Notes: generated by a model not told the origin, from the letters alone. DNA of 64,000 nucleotides from Dendrobates tinctorius (GCF_039654945.1 NW_027361982.1:3720001-3784000); one strand, 5' to 3'. Counted from the stretch's first letter, positions 50,255 to 63,230 are shown. Made by a program: numbers and translations.

Positions 50255-51362
50255 ATATTCTGTCTGTAGCCATCACTAGGGGCAGCTCCCTGTATACAGA
50301 GATATATAAGATCCTGCCTGCAGCCACCACTAGAGGGAGCTCCCTGTATACAGAGATGCATAAGATCCTGTCTGCAGCCACCACTAGGGGGGGCTCCCTG
50401 TATGCAAAGATATATGATAAGATTCTGTCTGTAGCCATCACTAGGGGCAGCTCCCTGTATACAGAGATGTATAAGATCCTGTCTGCAGCCACCACTAGAG
50501 GGAGCTCCCTGTATACAGAGATACATAAGATCCTGTCTGCAGCCACCACTAGGGGGAGCTCCCTGTATACAGAGATACATAAAATCCTGTCTGCAGCCAC
50601 AACTAGGGGGAGCCCCCTGTATACAGAGATACATGATAAGATTCTGTCTTCAGCCACCACTAGGGGAAGCTCTCTATATGCAGAGATGCATAAGATCCTG
50701 TCTGCAGCCATCACTAGGGGGAGCTCCCTGCATACAGATACATAATAACATCCTGTCTGTAGTGACCACTAGGGGGCGCTACCTGTATACATAGATAGGA
50801 ACACCAGGAAAAAAAAAACTGAGCAGTGGTGCATAAAAAAGTAAGGTTTTTTTTTTTTTTTTTTTTTTGTTTTGTTTTGTTAAAAAAAAATGCATATATC
50901 AACACATGTCCAAAGGACTCGAACATTTAATGTGCGTGAGGAATGCACTCTGGATAAATTGTTAATATATTAGTACAAGAAGTGCCTTAGGTAAAGTGCA
51001 AATGCTTATAGCAGTTTTTGTCATAAGTACAGCATGTTATTACTGAGGGGCAAACAATGTGAAAAATCAAGTACAAACTAACAGTAAACAATTTCCTGAG
51101 GCAATAAGTGAACAAACTGCTCAGCCAAATACATGCATGTGCTGAGAAAACTGAAGTCACATGATGCAGGTTCTTACCCATATTGTCCCACAAGAATGAG
51201 CCAGTGAGCAGCCCCTACGCACGTTTCGCCTGGGCTTCCTCGGTGAGCTGTATCTCTGTATACATAATCAGATTCTGTCTGTAGCCACCACTAGGGGGAG
51301 CTCCTTGTATACAGAGATGCATAAGATCATGGCTGCAGCCACCACTAGGGGGAGCTCCCTTT
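50255..51362 (+). repeat. ~54-57-bp tandem repeat with CCACCACTAGGGGGAGC core (10 copies to 50790, 2 more at 51270-51362)
   Basis: Unit ATCCTGTCTGCAGCCACCACTAGGGGGAGCTCCCTGTATACAGAGATRCATAAG; interrupted by an unrelated insert at ~50790-51245. Confidence 0.9.
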
Positions 51363-51413
51363 ACTGAGCACCTACAGTACAACTTCTGTTTTTTTTTTTT
51401 TTTCTGTGCCTCA

Positions 51414-52015
51414 GGCTGGGGTCACACTAACCGACGCAAAATACGGTCAGTAGTTTACATGCGTAATACGGATGAATGGCCACTAAACAGCGCTCCGTAT
51501 GTCATCCATAATCAAGGTGTGGTCGCGTATTTTGCGCATGTCAGCATCCGTATGGCGAGATTTTCTCGTCCCCTTGCAAAATGGACATATAATGGAGCCC
51601 TATGACAGAGTTTCTAACAGAAACCAAAGAATTGATATAGACACATAGAATGCATATATAATATGTGTCTATATCTATTCTTTTGTTTCTTTAGTAAACC
51701 TGTCAGTGTGAGATTACTGTATAGCGCACTGAATTGCCGGCTTTTCTAAAAGACACCGGGTGCGTATTTCTCGCAGGTCACGTGTGTTCCGTGTGTAATG
51801 CGTATTTTTTGCGCACCCATAGACTTGCATTGGCGTATTACGGCCGTAGTACGCTGACAATCGCTGCATGCTGCGATTGGCACGGAGCGTAGGATACTGA
51901 CGAGAAATATATAAGGCTGGTGCGAGGGACCCCATAGAGAATCATTGGTCCGTGTGTAATGCGTGCTTTTAGCGCCTCTCACTCTCCCGTATTCCTCGCC
52001 AGTGTGACCCCGGCC
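51414..52015. mobile_element. Harbinger-type MITE
   Basis: GGCTGGGGTCACACT...AGTGTGACCCCGGCC, flanks TCA/TTA; same family as the copy starting at 63463. Confidence 0.82.
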
Positions 52016-52771
52016 TTATACTAATGAGTGGGAAAAAACATGCAACAACAATGGGGATATGTTACTTAGCCTCTTTCCTCCCAACACACCTGTGACTGTC
52101 GGAGAGGTAATGATCTCCACGTCTATGTAGGCCCATTATTGCTTCTTCCATTGATTACTCAGACTGTGTACATGTCTGCAGTGTCTCCACCGATCCATAA
52201 CATAAATGTCCAGTCCTGCCCTCTATAACAACTGCCGTCATGTGAGAGCACCACAAAAAATCAGTCTTTTGAGAGAGCTGCTTGTGTATGGTTCCTCAGT
52301 GAAATGTTCAGGGTCGCCGGCTCCCAGAGTAGCAGTGTATTGTGTACTTATGCATCGTCATACTGCTCATCCTGAGTCTCCTGGTTCATGATGAAAATGC
52401 CAGAACCACAGTGAAGGCAGACACTTGATGAGGGAAGGGGTTAACCCCGTGTAACAATGTAGTGTTTAGATCTGTGATCCGCCTCGTGGCTGTGGTGGCG
52501 GCCTGTGCAGTGTCCTCTTATTTTTAGTACAATTACTGAGCTGGTTTCTGGCGGTGGCCAGACAGGCGTTTCTGGATCCAGGGAGCCGCCTGCTGCCATT
52601 TACGAGCTGCATGCTCCAGGCGCAGAATTGTTTAGACGTCGGTCACAGATTGTACTTTGCTCTTGTTCCAGGAATGACGGCAATAACGAGGCAGGGAGAA
52701 AACTGTCCACAGTCTGTGCACAGAGCGCAGGGGCCGAAGGCGACAGTGCTGGGACTTGTGAGGGGACTTGG

Positions 52772-53610
52772 TGTTAGGGCTGGCAGAACGCACCAAATAA
52801 AATATAATAATAAGGTGCGTTCGCAACCCAGAGTCCGAGTCCCTCTAATCCCAATAGCGATTGACACCGCAACTGCGATGCCTGAACTAAATAATATAAT
52901 CGCACCACGTGCGCCCTGCATTGGTTCAGCGGACGCCACTAACCACCCAGAGAATGGAGAAAAGCGCTTGATTTGCGCACGGTGCCGCTGTGAGGAACGC
53001 TGCTGCACATGCGGTCCAGTGGTGCCTTGTGCTGACTGGCGCTATCTGGTGCTAACACTCCTGTGGAGAGCGGGATGCTCTGTGGCACATAGAGTCAGTG
53101 CCAATAGTGGCATAATCTATCTCCCTAAACCCTAACTCATACACAACCGAGGGAAGGGGATTTCATAATGGGTCAGTCACCAGTCTCATACATCCGTCAT
53201 CACACACAGCGCTAACCATCAGAGTCTATATTAGCGCATGGTCGAGCGGCCATTCAAACCTTTTATAGCAGCGTCCTTCCAGGACCTTCCTGATGGCCCA
53301 AACCGAGCTGCTTGAGGACCTGAGCATGTGACCTCCGACATGCAATGAGAAGTCGACCCACAGGCATGCTCAGTCAGTAGGCTGCAAAAAGGACTTAGCC
53401 TCTGGAGCTGTTTGCTGCTGACCAGTGTAGGCTGCTATCGCTGACCCTGACATGGCAGCAGCAACTGAACAGACAGCACTGGCCTGATCAAGATGCCGGG
53501 AACGATGTCTTTGCTGAGCAGCCTCCTCTGCGGCTGGGACTGAATGGGAGACCGCAGAAGGCAAGGCTCGAGATTCCTCTTGTGCAGAGGCAGGAATCCG
53601 ACGCCTAACA
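52772..53610. mobile_element. Solo LTR (839 bp)
   Basis: TGTTAGG...CCTAACA termini with perfect 5-bp TSD CTTGG (52767-52771, 53611-53615). Confidence 0.88.
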
Positions 53611-54229
53611 CTTGGTACAGTGGGTCTCAATAAGATCCGTCTGCCCGCACTCAGGACCCAGCGCTGTTACCCCACAATAGTCTCCTGCCCGACACCCACA
53701 GAATTCAGAAAATCATGGACTGGAAACGCGTTGGCTGCCCTAAGTTCTGGTGTGAATGCACCACACACAGGAAGATTGCTTTATATACCATTGTGTTGAG
53801 AGCAGTAACTTCTCATAGTCCTGTTGTCAGAGCTGTGTGAGCGGTTTTCTTGGGCCGTCATTTCCATGACCATTTTGGGTTGCAGATGACCGCTTAATAC
53901 TTTTTATTCTTTTTTTTTTCTTATGTGAGCGGATTAAAAAAAACAATTTTAATATTTTATAGAAAAAACCCCAGTTTGCTCTGCCGGAGAAATATTGCGT
54001 TCTGTGGTTATACGCTCCGTATGTTCGGCGATGGCGCTAACAGAAGGTTTTATGCTGCAACTGCTTTTTGTGGCATTTTTATTGGTGTGCATACTCAAAA
54101 AGCTAATGTGATAATTTGTTTTTCGTTACATTTTTGGTACAAAAGTCTTCAAAGGGTAAAATCCTTTAAGTGCCTGTGTACTGGCCTAAAACTTGTCCTC
54201 ACAAGGTATTGGGGGGAGTCGTGTCTGGA

Positions 54230-54680
54230 TATCTAGGACTCCTGACAACACTGCCTCTGTGGTTAAGGCTATTACTGACCTGGTCCTGACATAGTGTTTG
54301 GGGTTAGGAAATTCTTCTCCAAACTTCCAGGACTCCTGAAAGCAGTGCTGATGTGATTTAAGGCTGGTCCAGACATGATGTTTGGAGTTGAAGCATCCTC
54401 TCTGCACATTCATGATTCCTGACAGTAGTGCCGGGGTGATTAGGGCTGGTCCTGATGTGGTGTTTGGTGTTGGGAGAGGACGCTCCCAACCCCAATGACT
54501 CCTGTCAGCAGTACCTGTGTGACTAGATGTTTGGGTTTGGAGCGTCCTCTCTGTACATCCATGACTCCTGACAGCAGTGCCGGTGTGATTAGGGCTGGTC
54601 CTGACATGGTGTTTGGGGTTAGAGCGTCCTCTCTGTACGTCCATGACTCCTGACAGCAGTGCCGGTGTTATTAGGTCTAT
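54230..54680. repeat. Diverged ~85-bp tandem repeat
   Basis: Repeated ATGACTCCTGACAGCAGTGCCGG...GGGCTGGTCCTGACAT...GTTTGG units. Confidence 0.75.
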
Positions 54681-55579
54681 TAGTGATCCGATTACACGAG
54701 CGCTGCTGGATCTACTCCTCTACAGTAGTCTGTTTATAATGGGGACCGGTTTCGCTGCTTTGCTCCATGTTGGCTTTGCAGTATCGGTAAATATTACTTT
54801 TACAAATTGGCAACACGAAAATGCTGATGACAGCAACTCTGCAACACAACTCTGGATTCACGTATGGTGTTTGCAGCATATATTATGTGTGAGGAACGCT
54901 GCTGCACATGCGGTCCAGTGGTGCCTATATATATATTTTATATACGGTATATCTTTTTTCCGGCTGAATGTTACTTTAGATTCCATGACAAAATATAAGT
55001 CCATGTATGCTGTGTATTTTTGTAGCATTTTAGTTTGTGACAAGTTTTGCAATTTTGTATTTTTTTTTCTGGGCCTTTTTTTGATATGATATTCTTGAAA
55101 ACACCTTAACTTTTTTTTTTCTTATTAAAAGTTTAGAAAGCTGCAAACTAATGTGTGTAGGAGGGTCTTTCTTTTGCCACCTTAGGTAATTGGTAGACAC
55201 TAAGTAGTGGGTTCAAGGGGGGATCGGATGGAGCGTAGATCAGTTTCAGCTCTCTTCTGGACTGGTGAATATAGGACAAGTCTTCCCCTCGGGACCCATA
55301 GAGATGTGGCTGTAATGTAATCCAGCCAGTCTCAGCTATCTGATCCTGCTGCCTCCATTCAGCATCACCCAGTAAGGTGTCCTATAGGTGCGGCGGGTCG
55401 GCTCTATGCTCCACCATACACATGCTGTGAACTTTGCACACCCGGTGTGTGTAGTTTTGCTTGCATGTGACTGAGGCTGCAGCGTGTCCCTCTTGGAGTG
55501 GATAATGAGAGAACCCGCCTTCTTGGGGCTGTCTCTTTTATGTGTGACTGCCTGTAATCTAATGCTTTTTCAGCTGACT

Positions 55580-55761
55580 TCCTGAGCAGTGCAGGAAGAA
55601 GCCAGACAGTCGGGCGAGAGAGAGAAAGAGACAGCAGTAAAGCGCAGCGAAGGGGTGAGAGTTGGCTATAGGGAAGGAAGAGGGCGAGACACTGACTAGA
55701 AGAGAAAAAGTTTGGAAAGTTGTGCAAGTTCCTCCGGCGAATCGATCCCTGAGATCTACAG
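55580..55761 (+). other. Possible additional or alternative 5'-UTR exon of MGAT1
   Basis: Purine-rich block ending in CTACAG|GTCGGA followed by a pyrimidine-rich, CpG-containing region; weak donor. Confidence 0.3.
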
Positions 55762-58475
55762 GTCGGATTATACTGTACTTTATATTCCTCCTTCTTGGCT
55801 GACTCGCTCTCCTTTTTTTTTTCCTCTAGTCATTTCTTTTAGTTTAACCCTTTTTGAACTTTTTAGTTTTCTCTTACAGCTGCCTCTTCGATTCGCCTGT
55901 ACTCTCACTACCTACATCTGTCAGTCCCTATCCTGCAATGTAAGCAGCCCCTCAAGCTGGCAGCCCCTCCTGTGTAGGGGGCTCTAGTCTGGCAGACGGG
56001 GTTAAAGCTGACAGAGACATCATTCTATGGGGTCTTCAGGTCAGGAATGCTTTTTTTTTTACTTTTTTTAGGGAAAAATAAATATCTGCACATTTGATGG
56101 CAAAATTGTAGAATTTGTGAGATTACCTGAGCAGCTCCGATCTGGTCACAGACACTAGATGGGGTCTGCCGGCAGATAAATGGCCACTTAGTCCTACAAT
56201 TTGTAGGCAGTGAGGAAGAACAAGAAATGTTAAACCTGATGTTCGTCCTGATTGATTCATTCACCAAAAGAATGGCGCTGTGTCAGGAAGAAGGCGAAAT
56301 CAGAAACTAATTTAATCATCTCGGACAACCTTTTTATCAGGATCCCTCATTTATTGGGAGCTGTCATTCTAGAAGACCACCATTTTTTTACACTACCACC
56401 AGGCTGGATTTGTTCCCTTTGTGGGGAGCTGACTCCATCCGGCCGGATCAGGTCTCGAGTGCTGTCAGTTCTTGGTGGTCTTCCTTTGATTTGAACTATT
56501 ATTTAATTTTTTTTCTTTAATTTGTGAAAGTTTAAGCTCCTTCTCCGCACGGCCGCTTGTAAGGGGGATGCTGGGAGTTGAAGTTTCTTTGCCCTGTGGA
56601 CAGGCACCGATTGCCTAAAGTCATGGACGCGATAACCTCCCCGACTCTGTTTCCTGTTTTTTTGGTTGCTGACTCGTGCGCTCCCTTGTCTCGGTCTCCG
56701 CACGCATCCATATGGTAGCATGAGACTTCCCCATCTCCTGATCACCTGGATTTCTGCTTCTCTCTGCTGCTTTTATTCTTCTCTAATCTGGTTAACCTGC
56801 TATTTAAAACGCTTAATCTCTTATTTAAGAGTCGTTAATCTGAGATGGGGGAGGTGTAGAGGGACGGTCCCCCAAAGACAAGAATGCCATGAAGCCAACA
56901 GGTGCTGAGCGCACTGTGAGCAAAGTTCACTACTTCATTAGTTTTTGTTTCATAAGGGGTGAAGACTTTCCATTTGGCTAGTTTGTTAGAGGAAGCTCCC
57001 TCTCCTACTCTGAGCTGATCCAGACTTAGTTGTCTTCGTGGTCGTGTTTTTTTTTTTTTTTTTTTTTTTTTATTGTACCACCTGTTTGCAGGGAATTGTC
57101 TGTTTGGGTTGGCAGCTTTCCAGGCCGCAGCTCGGCAGATGTCGAAAACCACCTAATGGATCGTAGTACTTAGAATCGCAGTGCCTTTTGCCGGGCAGGC
57201 CAGTATAATCAGCGATCCAACCACAAGTGATCGTTCGTTCTGTTGTCAGTCATCTCATCTTGTATTCAAAAGCTAAAGGGGGGAGCAGAAACCAACTATC
57301 AAACTGATGATGTGTGATGTAAGGAGGAGAGCAACAATGAAATTAATGATCAGGAAGGGAAGAAGGCAAGATAGGGCCGACAACTGCTAGAGGGGGAGAA
57401 CGCAACCGTCACAACGACAGCGTGGGAAAGGGCAAATAACGGGTCGACGACTGCTTGAAGAGGGGAGGGCAACGAATGTGCTGATAACGGCTAGAAGGGG
57501 AGAAGGGGGTAGTGCAACGACGGCTAGAAGGGGGTAGTGCAACGATCTGGCCAATGACTGTTAGATGGAGGGAGGGCAACTATTGTGCCGACGACGGCTA
57601 GAAGGGGGAGGACAACAGTGGGGGGGAAAGGCAACAACTGTGCTTACTCCTCCTAGAAGCGGGGAGGACACCGATCTGACCGACGAGGGGAAGAGCGCAC
57701 CAATCGGGCCGCTACCTGCTAGAGTTTGGGGGGTCAACAAGAACTTGAAAAAAAAAAAAAAAAAAAAAGACGGGAAAATAAGCTACAATGGAACATGCAA
57801 TCAGTGAGGAAGGGAAGAGACCAACAACAGTTTGTAAATTCAGTTATGAGTGAAAAGCTGAAGTTCTAACATGTAAATGATAGTAACCAAATGTAGATGG
57901 ACTTGCAGTAATAAGGATCTAGTCAGGCAGATGAAATTACTATAAGAAGCACCAGAAGAACCTCATCTTTACCAACTACAGGTCACTTAATCGCAATGCT
58001 CCCTGTCGGGGAGCTCCATGATGGCAACTCTTCCAAATTTGCAGTTTCTGCTGAAGTTTTACCTGTTCCTAAAGGTCTTTCTGCACTGGGCGATAATCCT
58101 CAGAGCTATTGCTCACACAAACATTTATTTTGATCCTTTCCTACTACAATAATGTCTACCAATCCCATCAACAAACGATAATTTGACCCATTGTCGTCCT
58201 ATCTATGTTATATGCAGACATAAAAATCATTTTTTTGCCAGCACATGCCGTCATGTAAGCAGGGGCTATGCTACCAACAGTGATATAAGGGTGGGGGAAT
58301 AGCCAACAATCAAAGCCATGATTGAACCTATGACAAATGATAATACCATTTTTTACATAGATTACATCTTTTATGCGCACATGTAAATTGTCATTTGTTG
58401 ACATCTCATCCTGTCAGTATGTGCTACCAACAACAATGTAAACGGCAAGGGGGGACGGAGACCAGTCGTGACTTA

Positions 58476-59040
58476 GGGCCCCGTCACACATAGCGATCTC
58501 GCTGCTGAGTCGCAAGTTTTGTGATACAACAGCGATCTCACCAGCAAGATCGCTGTGTGTGACAGCGATCAGCGACCGGCCCCCCTGCCGGTATCGCTGA
58601 TCGCTCTTGGAAAGCCCTGGACATTTCTTTGATCGCTGGCCAGCACGCATCGCTGCGGGAAACCAGCGATCAGCTGGTAACTAACGTACACATCGGGTAT
58701 CCAAGGGACGCGCGTCACTTAGAAACCTGATGTGTACCTTAGTTATCAGCGCGCTGATGCAGGGAGCTGGTAACTAAGGTACACATCGGGTTTCTAAGTG
58801 ACGCACGTCCCTTAGATACACAATGTGTACCTTAGTTACCAGCTGCCTGCATCAGCGCGCTGGTAACTAAAGTACACAGTGCCGCCGCCCGCTCGGCGTC
58901 GCTGGTGCTGATCGCTGATGCTGATCGCTGGTGAAGCTGTCTGACAGCTCACCAGCGATCATGTAGAGACACACCAGCGATCCTGACACGTTGATATCGT
59001 TGTCGGGATCGCTGGTGAGTCGCTATGTGTGACGGGGCCT
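58476..59040. mobile_element. Palindromic Harbinger-type MITE
   Basis: GGGCCCCGTCACACATAGCGA...TCGCTATGTGTGACGGGGCCT, TTA/TAA flanks; many CAGCGATC motifs; internal inverted repeat 58670-58880. Confidence 0.85.
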
Positions 59041-60614
59041 TAAGGGAAGTGGGAGAAAACAATGATCAAGTGAGTAAGGGAGGGAAGAGAAATAAATGAA
59101 TAGTAATTCAGTGGTACAAGCCAATTGTCAAACCCACGTAAGAAACCAACGATCGAATCGTTGATGGGTTAGGGATGAGATAGTTGGATTATCAAACAAG
59201 CAACAAGTAATGGGGAGAAATCAATGTATCAGTAATGGAGGCGGAGAAACCAGTGTCCCTCGTGGGTAATGGAGATAGATAATCCAATGTTTAACCAGAA
59301 ATGGGTATGGGAGGCAGAGAATCCATTGATCAAACAAATGATTGGTAAGGAATCGAACGATCGAACCAGGAATGGTGAAGGAAGGAGGAGACCAGCGATC
59401 AAGACACTGATGAAAGGCGTGGAAGAGAGCAAAAATCGAACAAATGTGTGGCTGTGGAACTGGGAGAGAGCAGTGCGTGAAAACAATGACGTCTTATGGA
59501 GGAGGATGCAATGAGTAAACCATCAATGGGTGGGGGTCAGGGAGAGAGCAATGAGCAAACCAATTATAACTTATGGAGGAGGATAATGCAAATATAAATC
59601 GACTTTGTCTTCAATGTCAGATAAAATACCTGTATTATGTACTAGAAAATTGGTCTTTTGGTGCTTTTCTGTCATTAGATACCAAGCGGAAGCCTTTGCT
59701 GGGTGCCTTTCTCTTGTTTGCTTGTTGACTGTTCATAATTTGTATTTTTTCCACTAATCACTAAAGTGTCTGATTTTACATGTCATAGGGTTAGAAAACC
59801 TGCAGTCGTTGACTGCAGAACTGGCGAATTACTGCTGCATTAATCTCCTTACTCCTTACTCCTTTCCATGTTCTGTAATTCCGAATTGTGGCTGCAGGAT
59901 GACATTCCCATGACGTGGGAGTATACTGTCAATTTACATGGCAACATCTCTGGGCCTCCATAAATTGGATCTTTCTCAAGTGCTGAGGATTATGTGGCCT
60001 AATAATTACTAGGAAATGTGTAGCTCATTTAGATGTGAGGCAGAAGGTGTGTCGTACCTCAGTCACAGCCCAGATTGCTTGGATTACTTATTTGGATTAC
60101 TTGTCATAAACTCTGGAGTGACTAGTGGCTTATGTGGCCTGATTAATAATGTCATCACTAACTCGCTCTACCCATTTAGCTAGAAGTCAATGGTTATGGC
60201 CGTTTTAGTGGCTCCATACAAACAGAACTGCTATGACGTGAATGTCTCCCCTGTATTTTTGTCTGACTTGTTACCAGTAGATCTGTGTTCTGAAATCTTT
60301 ACTTCTCTTTTACAGGTTGGTGGATTTCAGGTTGCTTTCTTTGAAGATGATCCATCTAGTCATGCGACATTGAGAAGTGGAGGATGTCCTCAGTATTTCT
60401 TTTGTAAATGCCCCTTTGATGCTTTGTGTAGCATCTGTTCTGCATAAGATTCAGACATTTAACATATCCTGACTGTTTGTACCACTGGTGTATTTGTAAA
60501 GCACCAACCACAAAGGTCAAACAGCAAATCTTCAGTCTTCCGTGATTTTGAAGTGGCCCAGCCATTGCTTCGAGAGCTCGCCCATCTAAGTACATACTGG
60601 GACCCCCCAGGGGA

Positions 60615-61208
60615 ATGCCGCGCAAGGTTAGCGTGGCGGCCTGGGGGGCGGCCCTTTTTATTTCATGGAATGCCATTCTTCTACTCTACCTCATGAGCCG
60701 TCCAAAGACTCCCGACACGTCAGACCTTACGGCACATGTAATCAGACTTGCTGAAGAAGCAGAAGCTGAGTTAGAGAAACAGAAGGGGCTTCTCCAGCAA
60801 ATCCACCACTATAGCGGGTTGCTTAAACGCCGACCCGCTCTGCCAAATGCTGCCCGTGGACCTGAGTTGCCTCAGCGGCTCTTAAATGCCTCTCTTCCAT
60901 CGCCAACGCCTGTGGCCTCTGACTCTCTGTCACCAGTAATTCCAGTTCTCGTTGTAGCATGTGATCGTCCCTCAGTGAGGAAGTGCCTGGACTCCCTGCT
61001 CAAGTACCGGCCTTCAGCAGAGCAGTTTCCCATCGTTGTAAGTCAGGACTGCGGCCATGCTGAAACGGCAAGAGTTATTGACTCCTACGGAGATGCTGTC
61101 ACTCACATCAATCAGCCGGACCTCTCCGAGGTCCCTGCTCCCCCAGAACATAGAAAATTTCAGGGCTACTATAAAATCTCCAGGCACTACAGATGGGCGC
61201 TTAACCAG
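60615..61208 (+). CDS. MGAT1: Alpha-1,3-mannosyl-glycoprotein 2-beta-N-acetylglucosaminyltransferase (GnT-I), first coding exon (198 codons); the rest lies beyond the window
   Basis: Type II anchor AWGAALFISWNAILLLYL; GT13 motifs VIPVLVVACDR, FPIVVSQDCGH, HRKFQGYYKISRHYRWALNQ; exon acceptor TCTTTTACAG ending 60315; donor CAG|GTACGT at 61209, after which similarity stops. Confidence 0.95.
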
Positions 61209-61561
61209 GTACGTCTGCATATTGTACATGAAGCTTTGGATTTTTCCTTTCCAGACACCTTCTTCACCACAGTATCGTCCATGTAGAGCAAGTCCACAGC
61301 TTCCTCGCACCAGAATATTTCAACGACAAAATTCTTTGACCAGCACCATTCCAACCCATAACCTGACCTTTTATTAAGCCACCAAGTCTGGAAGAGCAAT
61401 GTTTAAAGGGATGTTCCCGTCGCAGTAGGTGGTGGCAAATCTATAGGATATGCAGTCACTTTAAAGACGTTATAACAAGCACATACATATGGTAGGAACG
61501 CTTACTCCACCGCAGCAGTAATAATAGCTAGCAGTCTGCCCTCTACCAAGCCTGAGATTAA

Positions 61562-61942
61562 AGGTACTGTCACACTTTCCGATGTACCAGCGATCCCGAC
61601 CAGCGATATGACGCGGTCAGGATCGCTGGTACATCGCTAAGTGGTCGCTAGCGAGCTGCCACACAGGCAGATCTCACCAGCGACATCGCAGGGGTCGGGG
61701 GTCGCTACTTACCTGTCAGACGAGGCGATCCTGACGTCCACGCGTCGCTCGTCGTCACAGCAGGAAGCCCACCAGGAAGCGGACGACGAGAAACGGTCCA
61801 GGACGCTCTCGCGCGATCAGCGATAACCAGCGGGGGAGCGGTCGGAGGTAAGTATCAGACACAGAGATATCGCTACAACGTCACAAAAACCAGTGACGTT
61901 ATAGCGATATTGCTAGCGATATCGCTTAGTGTGACAGGCCCT
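61562..61942. mobile_element. Harbinger-type MITE in the MGAT1 intron
   Basis: AGGTACTGTCACACT...AGTGTGACAGGCCCT with TAA on both sides; CAGCGAT motifs as in the 58476 element. Confidence 0.8.
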
Positions 61943-62437
61943 TAAGAGCTGTTGTGTTCCCTCTCACAGTTTTTCCTCTGCACAGGGCTGTCTCAGCTGC
62001 CTACTACTGTGCAGCTGAAGGGAAAGCAGCTCTGAATCATCGTCTTGGCCCTTCATTCTCATGATTGGGGGAGGTCCCAGAGGTCGGACCCCTAGCTGTA
62101 TCCTTAATGGTGATCTTTATACACTTTGTCATCATTGATAATCCATTGTGCATGAAAGTGTGTAACCCACCATGTACTATTGAAATATCGTTACTGATAG
62201 TTTTGCTTCTCACATTGCTTAAATTGGGAGATTATTTTATAGGCCTGGGCTTAAGAAAGGTAATTGTTCTGTGCACCTTCATATTTGTAAGGACTCATCT
62301 GAGGTTGGTCGCCTTGTAGTGACTGGCACTTTCATGCATTTCATGCATTTGCATAAGCAAAATGTAAGTAAAGTGAATAATCTAAAAGAATAAAGATAGG
62401 CAAATATGTTCTATCAAGCACTGTGCAAATATTTGAG

Positions 62438-63230
62438 ACAGGTGTGGTGAAAACGCTGCAGAGTAAGAAACTTTCAAAAATAGAAGTAGTAATATGTTAT
62501 CAATTAACAAAATAGAAAGTGAATGAACAAAAGAAAAATCTAAATCCCTTCAATATTTGGTGGCCGCCCTTTACCCTCATCACTTCTACTAGTTATAGTT
62601 CCACAAGTTATGAAGTCAATCGGTAGGAGATTATTCCAAACATCTTGGAGACCTGACCCCAGATCTTCTCTGTATGAGGCTTGTGCAGATCTTTCTTAAT
62701 GTGATCCCAGACATCCTGGATAATGTTGAGATCAGGGGTCAGAGCATCACTTCCAGCTCTCCTCCTTAATGACATAAGCTGGATGTTTAGGGTCGTTCTC
62801 TGATCGTAGAATAAATTGAAGCTAATCAGATGCCTCCTGATGATATTTCATGATGAATAAGTATCTGCCTGGATTTCTCAGCGCTGAGGACACCATTAAT
62901 CCTGACAGAATCCTGAACTCCATTTTGATGAAATGCAGCCACAGACTTTCAGAACCCTCCACCACGCTGCATAATTCCTGAAAATCCTCATTATTGTGTG
63001 TCCAGACCTTTAGAACAATCTGCTTCAGTTAGTGTTAGATATTTCACATTGTGACTTTTCAGTCCAGCGCTCTTGCTAACGTTTTTCTGCCCAAGTTCCT
63101 ATATTTTTATATATAGTTGAGTCGCTAGTCCTTGCATTCAAGTATAAAGTTTGTTTTTTTTACTGCAATTCTTACATGAAGACCACTTCTGGCCTGACTT
63201 CCCCAAACAGTAGTTGTGCAGATCTGGGTC
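62438..63230 (-). mobile_element. Old Tc1-like transposon remnant
   Basis: Tc1-type terminal and 3' motifs (TCAATATTTGGTG..CGCCCTTT, TTCCAAACATCTTGGAGA) and degraded transposase-like sequence; no intact ORF. Confidence 0.5.

Noticed and set aside
61209-61286. C-terminal 25 aa of the 223-aa MGAT1 ORF
   Set aside because: Read-through into the intron after the splice donor; not GnT-I-like.
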